DNA of 64,000 nucleotides, taken from assembly GCA_019828565.1 (NCBI GenBank), contig JAHDYR010000015.1, positions 504,239 to 568,238 on the forward strand, given 5' to 3'. Below are positions 41,947-51,642 of this stretch, in pieces; within the stretch, counting starts at the first letter, position 1; each line of letters starts with the position of its first letter. This stretch comes from Carpediemonas membranifera BICM. Lineage: Eukaryota; Protista; Fornicata. Below the pieces are notes generated by a model. The model had not been told where the DNA came from, searched no databases, and saw only the letters and a list, made by a program, of their open reading frames with translations. A program made the translations under genes and the position numbers.

Positions 41947-44900
41947 ATTCGGGTAGTACCCCAGCTCATTGTCGCAAGGGCGACGGGACGTGGGCGAGGC
42001 CGGCAATCGCCGGATGCCCGCGTCATTGGTCAAGATTGGTCGGCGCAGTTTATGCGGCCAGATGACGAACGATTCGCAGCCGGTGGCTGCGACGGCCGAG
42101 GAAGTGGCAGAACTGCGTACCACGGTGCAGGAGATGCAGAAAGCTCAGGAGAGATCCACCAAGATCCTCGAGAGGATGGCCGCCGCAAGCGCCGAATCTG
42201 AAGCGGATTTCCACGAGGAACTGGCGTTTGAAGAAGATGAACAAGACCCCATCATGGCTTCCCTTTCATACATTGAGGCCATGACCGAGCTGCCGAAGAA
42301 GCGCCCTCTTCTGGAGGAGGCGAAGTTCCTTCGGAAGGTTCAAACGATCCTCACCTCTTCTACAGACACGAAACTCCTCAAGCGCCTTTCCCCCTCCTCT
42401 CCGCCCGGCGTAGAGCTCTGATGATGAAGGATGAAGATTACAACGACGTCACAGTCACCTACTTTCAGAACCAGGTATGGAAGGCCATCGCGGACAAAGG
42501 AACCCTCGACGAGTCCCAGATCGAGTCCTTCGAGCTCAAGTCTAAGATTCACGGAGCCAAGCGAAAGGGCGACAAGTTTCAGCCTCCGGGAGGCGGGGGC
42601 CGAGGCGGCAGCTCTCGCGGTCGCAACCGGCAGTCAAACTAACCGAGAACCACCTCTTCCCATCGATAACTGGCGACGTGTGGCGACTCTGGGAGCGCTT
42701 CGGCGCCTCAGAGCACGTCGTCAGCCTACTCAGAGACGGCGTTCCAATATCACTGACCGCGCCTCCGTCGGCGGCCGCACCACAGACGCGACTGGACCCA
42801 CGTGTTCGGGCCAAGCTCCAACAGCTGTTGAACGAGGGCATTCTCCGCAGAACGACCCTGCAGTCCCTCCGCCATTCGGCCCCCGATCTTCCCTGTTTCG
42901 AAAGGCTCGGACGACATCCGAGTAATACACGACCTCCGAGAACTCAACACCGTGACGGAGGAGACCCGAGTCTTCCGCCTCTTCGGCATCAAACGTGCTT
43001 TGGCGACGCTCACGGCCGGGGACTGGATGACGAAGATCGACCTCCGCTCGGGGTACTCTCAAGTCCCAGTCAGGGAGCAGGACAGGACACTTCTGGGCGT
43101 GGTCACTCCGGAGGGCGAGGCATTCTGCTACACTGGACTCCCCTTCGGTTGGACCGCGGCTCCGTTCTACTTTCAGACAATAACCATCCAGGCCGCAAAG
43201 ATCATCGCCAGGCGCCTCCAGATCCACGTTTGCGTGTATCTAGACGACTTCCTCCTATCGTCTGCGCGCAAGGAGCACCTGGCATGGGCAACACACGAGG
43301 CCCTCGAGCTCATGCGCTCCCTCGGCCTCATTCCGGGGCTGGACAAGTGTATTCTTCAGCCTACACGCTGCTTGGAGTACCTCGGCCTCCTCATCAATAC
43401 GGAAAACACTTCAGTGCGCCTTTCCAGCGACAAGGCGCGCAAGTATCAGCAGACGTTGATATCCGCGTTGGAGAGCGACTCCATCAGCGCCGTCGACTAC
43501 TCCAAGATCCTAGGGCGTCTCTCCTTCTTCGCTTCCGCAGCGCATGCAGCACAGCTCAAGCTGCGGCCGTTGCAAGCAAGACAGCCGAGAGGCAGAGTAC
43601 CTTTGGATGCAGCCCTCAAGCAAGAGCTCGCCCAGTGGGTCTCACTGCTGCAGCAGCGCCCAGCCAAGTCATTTATCGAGCTCAGGGCCCTCTGGGACAT
43701 GACAGGCTCCCTGGAGATGACAGTGGCGTCCGACGCATCCAGCTTCGGCTGGGGGGCCAGAGTATACCTCGGAGAGAACAACAGATCGGCGCATGGGCAC
43801 TTCCCCCCGCACATAGTGAACGCCCACATCTGCACAAAGGAGCTTTTCGCAGTCGTTCGGGGCATCGAACTCATCTCTCCACAGCCGCAGGTGCGCACCC
43901 TGACAGTTTTCTGCGACAACTCGGCCGTAGTCTCGTGGGTCAACAAGGGCGGATCGACAAGAGCAGACCAGACAGTCATGAGCCTACTCCACGAGCTGCA
44001 ACAACACCTCGACAGCAGAAACCTCGTGGCTCGATGTCTTCACATCGCAGGACACCTCAACGTGGAGCCGGACAGGCTGAGCCGGTTCATGAAGCTCGAG
44101 TGGTCGACCCCGCGTTCAGTCCTCGAGCGAATCCAGCGCAACTGGGGACCAGTGCAGGTCGACGCGACCGCCGCTCCCACTCGCCGCCTGGCCCTCCCAG
44201 GATTCGCTCAGCACGGATGGACTCTCGCAGAACACGGCCTGTCTCGGGACTGGACGGGGATGAGAGTCTTCGCAGCTCCTCCAGTAGCGATGATTCCAGC
44301 GACATATCTGCATATTCGGACGATTCGGTCGCCGACCCAGACTGGATCCCCTCAGACGTGGAGGTCAGCTGCGATAATAGTGACTCCGGACATCCCGTCA
44401 CCAGAACTCCGCCGCTTGCTAGCCCTCTCATCAGTTCCCAAGATGTACTTCAGAGTGAACCAAGATCTTCTGTCGGACTCCGAGCTGTCGCGGCTGGCCG
44501 AGAGGGGCAGGATAAGGCTCATCGCGATGATCATCAGGACTTCGAGTTCCTCCTCCACCACGACAGGCTCTCACATCTGAGCCTAGAGGCGTCACGCAGG
44601 GCAGTCGCGGGCTACCTCGTCAAGTTCAACGCGTCGAGAGACACCACGCTATCACACGCGGCGCAGCTCAGGCAGCACCTCATGAGCGAAGCCAAGACCT
44701 CGGGGCCCGACACGATCGGCAAGAAGGGACACTGGATTTGCAAAGCGGCCCCACTGATCTGCGACTGGACCCCCCGCAGGACAGCAGCGAGATCATTCGA
44801 TCAGTCCGCAACGTAGCATCCACCACCAGACTGACTGGCGGGGCTCGACCGGTGACGAGCGACATAATCCGGTCGGGTTTCCGACGTTGGAAACAAGATC

Positions 44901-45590
44901 CGAAGACGTTCCAGGCGGTCTTGTTCGCCGCACTCTGCTTCCAAACTGTCAGCCGCGGCAAGGAAATCTTCACTCTGACGAGGGGAGACGTGACGTTCAG
45001 CCCAGAGGGCGACGCGACGCTGTTCATGGCACGCACCAAGACTACCACAGCGGTGAAGAAGCTCGTGGTCAACGCCACCTTTGACTCATTCAACATCGCG
45101 AAGGCGCTCCAGCTTTGGGTCAACTTGGCCACGAAGCGCGACACGGATTCACTATGGAGGAAGGTCAACGGAGACACGATCAGCAAGACAGAGGGGCTGT
45201 CAGAAGGCGCAATGAGGCGCTGGATCGCAGCAGTGTTTGGCGACTCCGTCACTTGGCACAGCTTCAGAAAGGGCGCGGCGACCGAGCTCGCCGTCGCCGG
45301 CACTCCTGAGCACGTGCTGATGGCACTGGGGAACTGGCGCTCCGCGAAGAGCCTGCTGGCGTACACCGGCAATGGCATCCGCCAGCACCCCGCGGTCCAG
45401 AGAGACATCGCCAGGTCTCTTTTGGGCAAGCCACTGTAAACATTCGATGGGATGTTTATGGGGCAGGCTGTTGCGACCTCACGGGAGGTGACAGCTAGGA
45501 GTTAATGATATCTCCTCGGCCGGCGGGACAACCCCGTTGGATCTACAGAGTGTAGAGGGTCAGGTGGCCCGCGAGTCGGGCGTCAATAAA
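41947..45590 (+). mobile_element. PAT-2: YR retrotransposon (gag ~42062-42642; RT-RH-MT ~42678-44580; YR to 45439); terminal repeats not seen
   Basis: IDLRSGY, LPFG, YLDD, SDAS, CDN; SRGKE, HSFRKGAA, LGNW...Y. Confidence 0.88.
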
Positions 45591-45594
45591 CATA

Positions 45595-45676
45595 TGTGCG
45601 AAGTGGGATTCGAACCCACGCCCCCGAAGAGACTGGTGCCTTAAACCAGCGCCTTAGACCACTCGGCCATCCGCAC
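45595..45676 (-). tRNA. tRNA-Leu (anticodon AAG)
   Basis: GTGCGGA/TTCGCAC acceptor stem, D-loop GAGTGGTCTA, CTGGT-TTAAGGC-ACCAG anticodon arm, long variable arm, GGTTCGAATCC. Confidence 0.95.
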
Positions 45677-45744
45677 TGCATATCATCGATATGTAAGCTA
45701 TCACGCCTCGGGCGTGGCTCACGCCCTGACACTGCTGGGTCAGG

Positions 45745-48700
45745 GTGTGTCAGAACAGGATTCCGGGGACACGAGAAAGATGGCCAAAATATTTAGAAAA
45801 TCTCGAAAGATATGATTGTGGATACGGTCTTGATCCGTCCCGATCGCGAGCAGATCGTATCCCTCCAGCAGAAACCGTGAGGATGGCCGAAGGCGACACG
45901 GATAACGCTGATCCGCCGCCTGTCACCATGGAGAGCCTTGCTGAGCTCATACAACAGCAGCAGAACGTCATTACGGCACTCCGTTCGGAGGTTTCATCGG
46001 TTAAGGACAGTACACGGGACCCGAGACGCCCGTCTCGGATAGGAGCCGTTGCTAAGGAGTACGACCACCTCCGCGAGACACTTGCCGACATCAGAGGTAT
46101 CCTCAACAACCCGGAGATGACGCGCGTCAACCAGATCGAAGCCGCGATCGAGGCGGTCTTCGAGCGCAGACTCGAGTTCCTACGGCTATATGACAGCCAC
46201 TCCGACACCGCTGCGCGCTACTTCATGGCTATTTCGAGAGAAGAACGAGACGCGCAACGCTTCGTAGTGCTGGCCGCCAAGGCGGCCAAGGCCACCACCG
46301 CCTCCTCGACCCAAGCGGTTCCAGAGAGGCTTCGGCGGCTTCAGCCGCAACTCTCCCCGCTTCAACAACAACAACCGTCGTGCCCCGGCAACCGACCTCG
46401 GACCGGGGCGGGCCCAGTAGAGGCCAGAGAAGGGTTAAGCCTGAACCCGATGACTATAAAAGGCTCGATATACTTCGAAGAGTTTGTTTGCAATGGAAAG
46501 AGAAGAAGCACAAGAAGATCAGCAAGACACCTCCACCCAGTGTATACAGGGGCTGACGGGCTCGATGAGCCGTCGGTGGATGAGGTGGGAGGCCCTCGGG
46601 GCCAGCAGGGAGGTGGTGCAACTGTTACGAGAGGGAGTGAAGGTCACCCCGGCAGCACCGGCGCTCAATGCGCACCTCCAGAAGGAGACAGACACGATGA
46701 AGGCTCTACTAGAGGAGCTACTGCAACAGAAAGCAATAGAGAAGGGCGAGGCGACGACAATATGCCCCCTGTTTACATTAGAGAAGAAGATCGCAGGCAG
46801 CTACCGTCTGATACACGACCTGAGACCGGTCAATGCATACCAAGAGGACCTAACATTCAGGCTGAAGGGCCTAGCAGAGATACAGCATGGCGTTCCGAGA
46901 AACTCGTGGGGAATAACATTGGACATGAAGTCCGGGTACTACCAGCTCCTAGTGGAGGAGAACTCACGACAGGAACTCGGATTCTCGTTCGAGGGAGAAC
47001 AATACAGATGGAGAGGACTCCCTTTCGGCCTCTCAACGGCGCCACGGCAGTTTCAGTCGGTTACGTCACAGATGGCGAAGATCTTGCGCTCACTTCTCGA
47101 AGGACTGAAAATATACGTGTATCTGGACGATCTGCTCATAATCAGTCGCTCGAGAGTGTCGTTGAGCGCCCAGGTCCCACGGATCTTAGAGATCTTGGAC
47201 TCACTTGGAGTCGTCCTATCGAGAGAGAAGTGCCACTTGACCCCGTCCCAGAGGGTAACTTACTTGGGCGTGATAGTCGACTTGCGCGAGATGACGATGT
47301 CGCTGCCAGAGGAGAAGAGGGCTCAGTACAGCAGTCTCATAGCCAACCTGCAACTCAAGAGACACACAAAGCGGGACCTTCAGACCCTTCACGGAAAGCT
47401 ACTCTTCTGCCGGTTCGCACTAGGGACGCGGGCACTTGTCCGGCTCAGAGAGCTGCAGGTCAGGATCGCTGGCTGCGACGACCGAGTGCGGTACCCAAAG
47501 TCCAGCCTGCCCCAGGACCTACGAACGGACCTGCGGTGGTGGGCCAGACAGCTATCATCCGATCCGGCATGGTACTTCGGCCCAAGAGGCCAGGTACTTC
47601 GTATGGAGACCGACGCGTCGGACTATGCGTTCGGCGCGACGCTGTTTGTCGAAGACACGTCCCTCAACATCCAGGGCAGGTTCTCAGAGGCACAATGCTC
47701 CAAGAGCATCAACGCGAAGGAGCTATGGGCAATGGAGGAAGGCCTGCGGAGATGGACGAGCGACATTCAGGAGAGGGACCTACTCCTAGCCGGGGACAAC
47801 ACATCAGCGCTTTCATGGGTCCTGAAGTCAAGCACCAGAGCCCCCCGACACATCAGAAGGACGATTGTGAAGCTTCACGACTACTTGTTCGAGATTGGCT
47901 GCAGGATAAGAACCAAGCACATTCCAGGGAGATACAACACGACTGCCGACGGGCTGTCCAGGTACCGGAAGCTGGACTGGAACTCACCCGCGGCGATGCT
48001 CCAGAGCGCGCTGGAACGATGGGGGTCAGTAGACCGATCACTCTTCTGCGCGGAGAGATTCCTGCCGGAGGACCACGACTTCCAGACGGACGCATTTACA
48101 TGCAATTGGTCAGAGATGAGGTCATTGGCGGTCCCACCAGTCAGCCTACTGGACAAGGTCATCGCCAGGGCGGAGGAGATCGCCACGTCAGACGAGACGC
48201 ACCCCGCACTGCAGCAGAGAGGCCTATTAGTCATCGCACCACAACGCAGGACGAACTCCAACGCCAGACTGGCAGCCATAGCACAGGACTGGTTCGAGGC
48301 AGCGTTCCCGACCAGCTGGTGGGCCCACACGGAGATAGGGAGCCTCTTCACAGGCAAGCAGAGAGCGACGTTCATAGCCTACTGGATCCCGATCGCCACA
48401 GAGACCTCGTCCTCACAGCCGGGGGAGTCCTGCAACAGAGAGCGAGAGAACGTATCGCCAGCGGAAGACAGGAGGAGCACAGGTGGCGAAGAAGCCCCAG
48501 AGAGTTCGAGACAGGCCTCAGAGATCAGATACTCGGAGCAGCACTCATCAGGGACCGGGAACGGAGCACCCGAGAGCGCATAGCCGTGGAGACGGCAAAG
48601 TACATCAGTTTTGCAGAACGTATGATGGAGGAAGAGGAGGAAGCTGGAGAGAACAGAGACACGGTAGGAGCAAGGGCAGAAACAGCCGTTTTCCTGGGCG

Positions 48701-49566
48701 AGATGGCACAACGCATTAGGGACGCAGACTGGAGAGCAGAAGTCGAAGAGATCGCACAGATGGCGCCTGATGACGACTACCTCCTACACTACATGATACA
48801 AGAGATCCCTTTCATTGCCAAGGACACATTCCTCGTCAAGGAAGCAAATATCAGGACTGGCCTAGAGTCGATCAACCATGGTCTGGAGAGCTCACCCATC
48901 CACAGGGCTCTTATACGCGCGTGTGCAAGAATGGCCGGCAAGTGCGAGCTCACTGTGGGTCGTAAGACTGGAAAGGCATACCCGGTGACAGTCGAGCAGC
49001 TGAAGAGAGCAGCAGCCGCGGCGCGCAAGACCAAGTCACCGGCGCTCACGCAGGCAGTAGCCTTCGGACTGACGTGCTTCTCCACCGTCAGCAGATCAGG
49101 GGAGATAATGAGCTTACTCACGACCGACGTTCGGCGGGTGAGAGAGGGCTACGAGATCACTATTCGAAGATCCAAGACCAGGGATGAGCCCATGGTGAAG
49201 CTGATCCCACTACTAGCAGCAGGAGGCTTAAGCCCAGCCAAGTGGCTGAGAGCACACCTCAACGACATTCAGACGGAAGGACCCCTGTGGAGATCCATAC
49301 AGCACACCGAGAGCCTGCTGAGAGACAACTGCCTTCCACTGACAGCAACAAGGTGGCGCAGATGGGAGATGATCATGGACGTCAACGAGGTCTTCAAGGC
49401 AACAGGACACAGCTTCAGACGTGGAGCCGTCGTTCACATGATCGATGAAGGGCGTTCCCCATTGGTTATTCAGGCACTAGGAGGCTGGAAGTCGATCGAT
49501 TCGGTGAATAGATACTGTGAAGAGGCCATTCGAATCTCACAGCATGCTCTGCAGAGAAGAACATAG
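45745..49566 (+). CDS. PAT-3 gag-like N-terminus and tyrosine recombinase C-terminus in one frame overlapping RT
   Basis: SRSGE, SKT, GHSFRRGA, LGGWKS...Y; gag resembles PAT-4 ORF1. Confidence 0.85.
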   Translation: MCQNRIPGTRERWPKYLENLERYDCGYGLDPSRSRADRIPPAETVRMAEGDTDNADPPPVTMESLAELIQQQQNVITALRSEVSSVKDSTRDPRRPSRIGAVAKEYDHLRETLADIRGILNNPEMTRVNQIEAAIEAVFERRLEFLRLYDSHSDTAARYFMAISREERDAQRFVVLAAKAAKATTASSTQAVPERLRRLQPQLSPLQQQQPSCPGNRPRTGAGPVEAREGLSLNPMTIKGSIYFEEFVCNGKRRSTRRSARHLHPVYTGADGLDEPSVDEVGGPRGQQGGGATVTRGSEGHPGSTGAQCAPPEGDRHDEGSTRGATATESNREGRGDDNMPPVYIREEDRRQLPSDTRPETGQCIPRGPNIQAEGPSRDTAWRSEKLVGNNIGHEVRVLPAPSGGELTTGTRILVRGRTIQMERTPFRPLNGATAVSVGYVTDGEDLALTSRRTENIRVSGRSAHNQSLESVVERPGPTDLRDLGLTWSRPIEREVPLDPVPEGNLLGRDSRLARDDDVAARGEEGSVQQSHSQPATQETHKAGPSDPSRKATLLPVRTRDAGTCPAQRAAGQDRWLRRPSAVPKVQPAPGPTNGPAVVGQTAIIRSGMVLRPKRPGTSYGDRRVGLCVRRDAVCRRHVPQHPGQVLRGTMLQEHQREGAMGNGGRPAEMDERHSGEGPTPSRGQHISAFMGPEVKHQSPPTHQKDDCEASRLLVRDWLQDKNQAHSREIQHDCRRAVQVPEAGLELTRGDAPERAGTMGVSRPITLLRGEIPAGGPRLPDGRIYMQLVRDEVIGGPTSQPTGQGHRQGGGDRHVRRDAPRTAAERPISHRTTTQDELQRQTGSHSTGLVRGSVPDQLVGPHGDREPLHRQAESDVHSLLDPDRHRDLVLTAGGVLQQRARERIASGRQEEHRWRRSPREFETGLRDQILGAALIRDRERSTRERIAVETAKYISFAERMMEEEEEAGENRDTVGARAETAVFLGEMAQRIRDADWRAEVEEIAQMAPDDDYLLHYMIQEIPFIAKDTFLVKEANIRTGLESINHGLESSPIHRALIRACARMAGKCELTVGRKTGKAYPVTVEQLKRAAAAARKTKSPALTQAVAFGLTCFSTVSRSGEIMSLLTTDVRRVREGYEITIRRSKTRDEPMVKLIPLLAAGGLSPAKWLRAHLNDIQTEGPLWRSIQHTESLLRDNCLPLTATRWRRWEMIMDVNEVFKATGHSFRRGAVVHMIDEGRSPLVIQALGGWKSIDSVNRYCEEAIRISQHALQRRT
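46484..48583 (+). CDS. PAT-3 RT + RNase H + Dam-like MT domain
   Basis: LDMKSGYYQL, LPFGL, YLDD, TDAS, INAKEL, GDN, ADGLSR, DAFTCNW...AVPP. Confidence 0.93.
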   Translation: MFAMEREEAQEDQQDTSTQCIQGLTGSMSRRWMRWEALGASREVVQLLREGVKVTPAAPALNAHLQKETDTMKALLEELLQQKAIEKGEATTICPLFTLEKKIAGSYRLIHDLRPVNAYQEDLTFRLKGLAEIQHGVPRNSWGITLDMKSGYYQLLVEENSRQELGFSFEGEQYRWRGLPFGLSTAPRQFQSVTSQMAKILRSLLEGLKIYVYLDDLLIISRSRVSLSAQVPRILEILDSLGVVLSREKCHLTPSQRVTYLGVIVDLREMTMSLPEEKRAQYSSLIANLQLKRHTKRDLQTLHGKLLFCRFALGTRALVRLRELQVRIAGCDDRVRYPKSSLPQDLRTDLRWWARQLSSDPAWYFGPRGQVLRMETDASDYAFGATLFVEDTSLNIQGRFSEAQCSKSINAKELWAMEEGLRRWTSDIQERDLLLAGDNTSALSWVLKSSTRAPRHIRRTIVKLHDYLFEIGCRIRTKHIPGRYNTTADGLSRYRKLDWNSPAAMLQSALERWGSVDRSLFCAERFLPEDHDFQTDAFTCNWSEMRSLAVPPVSLLDKVIARAEEIATSDETHPALQQRGLLVIAPQRRTNSNARLAAIAQDWFEAAFPTSWWAHTEIGSLFTGKQRATFIAYWIPIATETSSSQPGESCNRERENVSPAEDRRSTGGEEAPESSRQASEIRYSEQHSSGTGNGAPESA

Positions 49567-50148
49567 AATATAGGACATAAGAGAGCATTGTAGCGATAAA
49601 GGGAGATGAAACGGAACGAGGGGAAAAGAATCAGGCAAGAGTTAGAGAAATGGATGTTTCTCGGATTCGGAACAGGAATTACATATGCCACGTATAACCG
49701 GCACAGAAGGTCATAAGTGCAGTAGAGGAAGGCTCAGGGGTACCATCGCAAGGTTAGATGGCGGGATGCATCAATTTGGAATAGTCGATTATCGTCGACC
49801 AAATGGTCGGCATATCATCGATATGTAAGCTATCACGCCTCGGGCGTGGCTCACGCCCTGACACTGCTGGGTCAGGGTGTGTCAGAACAGGATTCCGGGG
49901 ACACGAGAAAGATGGCCAAAATATTTAGAAAATCTCGAAAGATATGATTGTGGATACGGTCTTGATCCGTCCCGATCGCGAGCAGATCGTATCCCTCCAG
50001 CAGAAACCGTGAGGATGGCCGAAGGCGACACGGATGACGGGCCAAGGCCGCCAAACGGAATATAAATTTGATTATTGCTCTTTCAGCGTAAAAATGAACA
50101 ATTGGTTTTGATTCATTCAAAGTTCTGCTCACAAATTGAAGAGAGTGA

Positions 50149-51078
50149 ATGGTCGTAACTGATTCAGAGAGACTGAACATAGCAACACTTCTCGGAAGTG
50201 AAATGTCTATAGCAAACATTGCACGCGTAACGGGCCGTTGCCGCAATGTCATCTATGATATCAAGGCCAATAGAGCGAAATGCTCTGGAAAGAGAGTGAG
50301 ATCAGCTACCAAGATGAGCCCAGAAGTGACGAAGTATGTACGTGACTATGTTCTCCAGAATCCGGCTGCTCGGCTTAGCGACATAGCCACTGTCGTGCAG
50401 CTGAAGTTCGGTATTTCAGTATCGCTATCCAGCCTCTCCCAGACGATACTACACAAAGAGAAGCTTACGCTCAAGGTCGGTGACACCAGATGGATGGAAA
50501 GGAATCCAGAGGAAGCCTGGCGTTTCCGTTCATTCTACGCAACGGAGATTGCCCCGTACTATTCCACCGATCAAGTCTTCTTCCTCGACGAGACTAGCTT
50601 CGACCCCCGTCACCTGGCGGTCAAGCGAGTGCGTGGCCCAAAAGGCGTTAGGACATATGCTTGCCGCAAGGGTGGCCCGGTCGGCCAGCGTTACTCGGTG
50701 TGCGCGACTCTTGGCGTCGAAGGGATCAAGCACAGAGTCATAACGACAGGTACATTTACTGCTGACAAGTTTCTAGACAATACCATAGAGTTGCTGGGGA
50801 TGATACCGGGGTGCGTCCTCGTGATGGACAATGCCTCCATACACGCACTCAAGGGCAAGCTTGACGCCCTAATGCAACTCTATGATGTCCGCATCGTCTT
50901 CCTCCCTAAGTATTCGCCATTCTTGAACCCAATCGAGGTTGTGTTCGCGTGGATCAAGGCGTTTGTTCACACGCACTTTAAGGACATGGGGCGTTTGCCG
51001 GCAATACTCGCCGCCTTTGATGACGTTGCCAAGAAAAACATAAGAGGTCTCTACGAGAAGCATGGATATTCCCATTAA
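50149..51078 (+). CDS. DD35E transposase (HTH + DDE)
   Basis: FLDETSF, VMDNASIH, PKYSPFLNPIE; 35 residues between D and E. Confidence 0.93.
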   Translation: MVVTDSERLNIATLLGSEMSIANIARVTGRCRNVIYDIKANRAKCSGKRVRSATKMSPEVTKYVRDYVLQNPAARLSDIATVVQLKFGISVSLSSLSQTILHKEKLTLKVGDTRWMERNPEEAWRFRSFYATEIAPYYSTDQVFFLDETSFDPRHLAVKRVRGPKGVRTYACRKGGPVGQRYSVCATLGVEGIKHRVITTGTFTADKFLDNTIELLGMIPGCVLVMDNASIHALKGKLDALMQLYDVRIVFLPKYSPFLNPIEVVFAWIKAFVHTHFKDMGRLPAILAAFDDVAKKNIRGLYEKHGYSH

Positions 51079-51084
51079 AGCTGT

Positions 51085-51534
51085 TTATTCTCTCAATTCT
51101 TGGCTGGATGCAACAGATAGAGCTGGCTGAGAAGGTTCGCTGCGCTCTGCTTCCTCCAAAGACGCAAGGAACGAGATAACGCGAGAGTACCACTCGGGCT
51201 TCACTGGGATGGAGATAAAGCCGTGCGACACTTCTCTCCGCGGTGCAGGCTGATAGTCAGAGGATGAGGGCGTCGAGTGCGGCTTCAGGAGACCGGCGGG
51301 AGGATTAGCGACAGTGGCATGTCCTCGCATGATCTCGAATGCCCATGCGGCAATCATCCTTCCAGGGAGAGCCCGTGCAATCTCCGAGTTCTCCACCAAC
51401 GTCCTCATTCCCTGTGTTATCGCGGAGTTATCAACATTACCATCCTCAGCTGTAGATAAAACATCTTTGAATGGGCATCCAGCCCTGTTGTGGTTCTTGC
51501 AGCTGCACAGGCTACACGTTACAGTTCTCACCAT
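51085..51534 (-). CDS. Transposon accessory protein with an N-terminal CCHC zinc knuckle
   Basis: CSLCSCKNHNRAGC; inside the TIRs, convergent with the transposase. Confidence 0.65.
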   Translation of the reverse strand: MVRTVTCSLCSCKNHNRAGCPFKDVLSTAEDGNVDNSAITQGMRTLVENSEIARALPGRMIAAWAFEIMRGHATVANPPAGLLKPHSTPSSSDYQPAPRREVSHGFISIPVKPEWYSRVISFLASLEEAERSEPSQPALSVASSQELRE

Positions 51535-51642
51535 CTGTCGTCAATCAAAAAGTTCCAGGCCTAATCAAAATGATGTTCATTTTTAGAGTAAAAGAGCAAT
51601 AGATCAATTTGGAATAGTCGATTATCGTCGACCAAATGGTCG

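Larger units (their letters stand above)
50075..51599 (+). mobile_element. IS630/Tc1-mariner DNA transposon with imperfect ~38 bp TIRs and TA target duplication
   Basis: TA|TTGCTCTTTCAGCGTAAAAATGAACA ... TGTTCATTTTTAGAGTAAAAGAGCAA|TA. Confidence 0.9.
45678..51642 (+). mobile_element. PAT-3: complete YR retrotransposon A1-ORFs-B1-A2-[Tc1]-B2
   Basis: A 45678-45903 = 49810-50035; B 49770-49809 = 51603-51642. Confidence 0.95.

Noticed and set aside
45745-49566. 1273-aa gag-YR fusion protein
   Set aside because: A more gag-like tail (KRFQRGFGGF...NNNN...Q-stop, like PAT-4) lies in another frame near 46310-46420, so the fusion is probably a one-base indel
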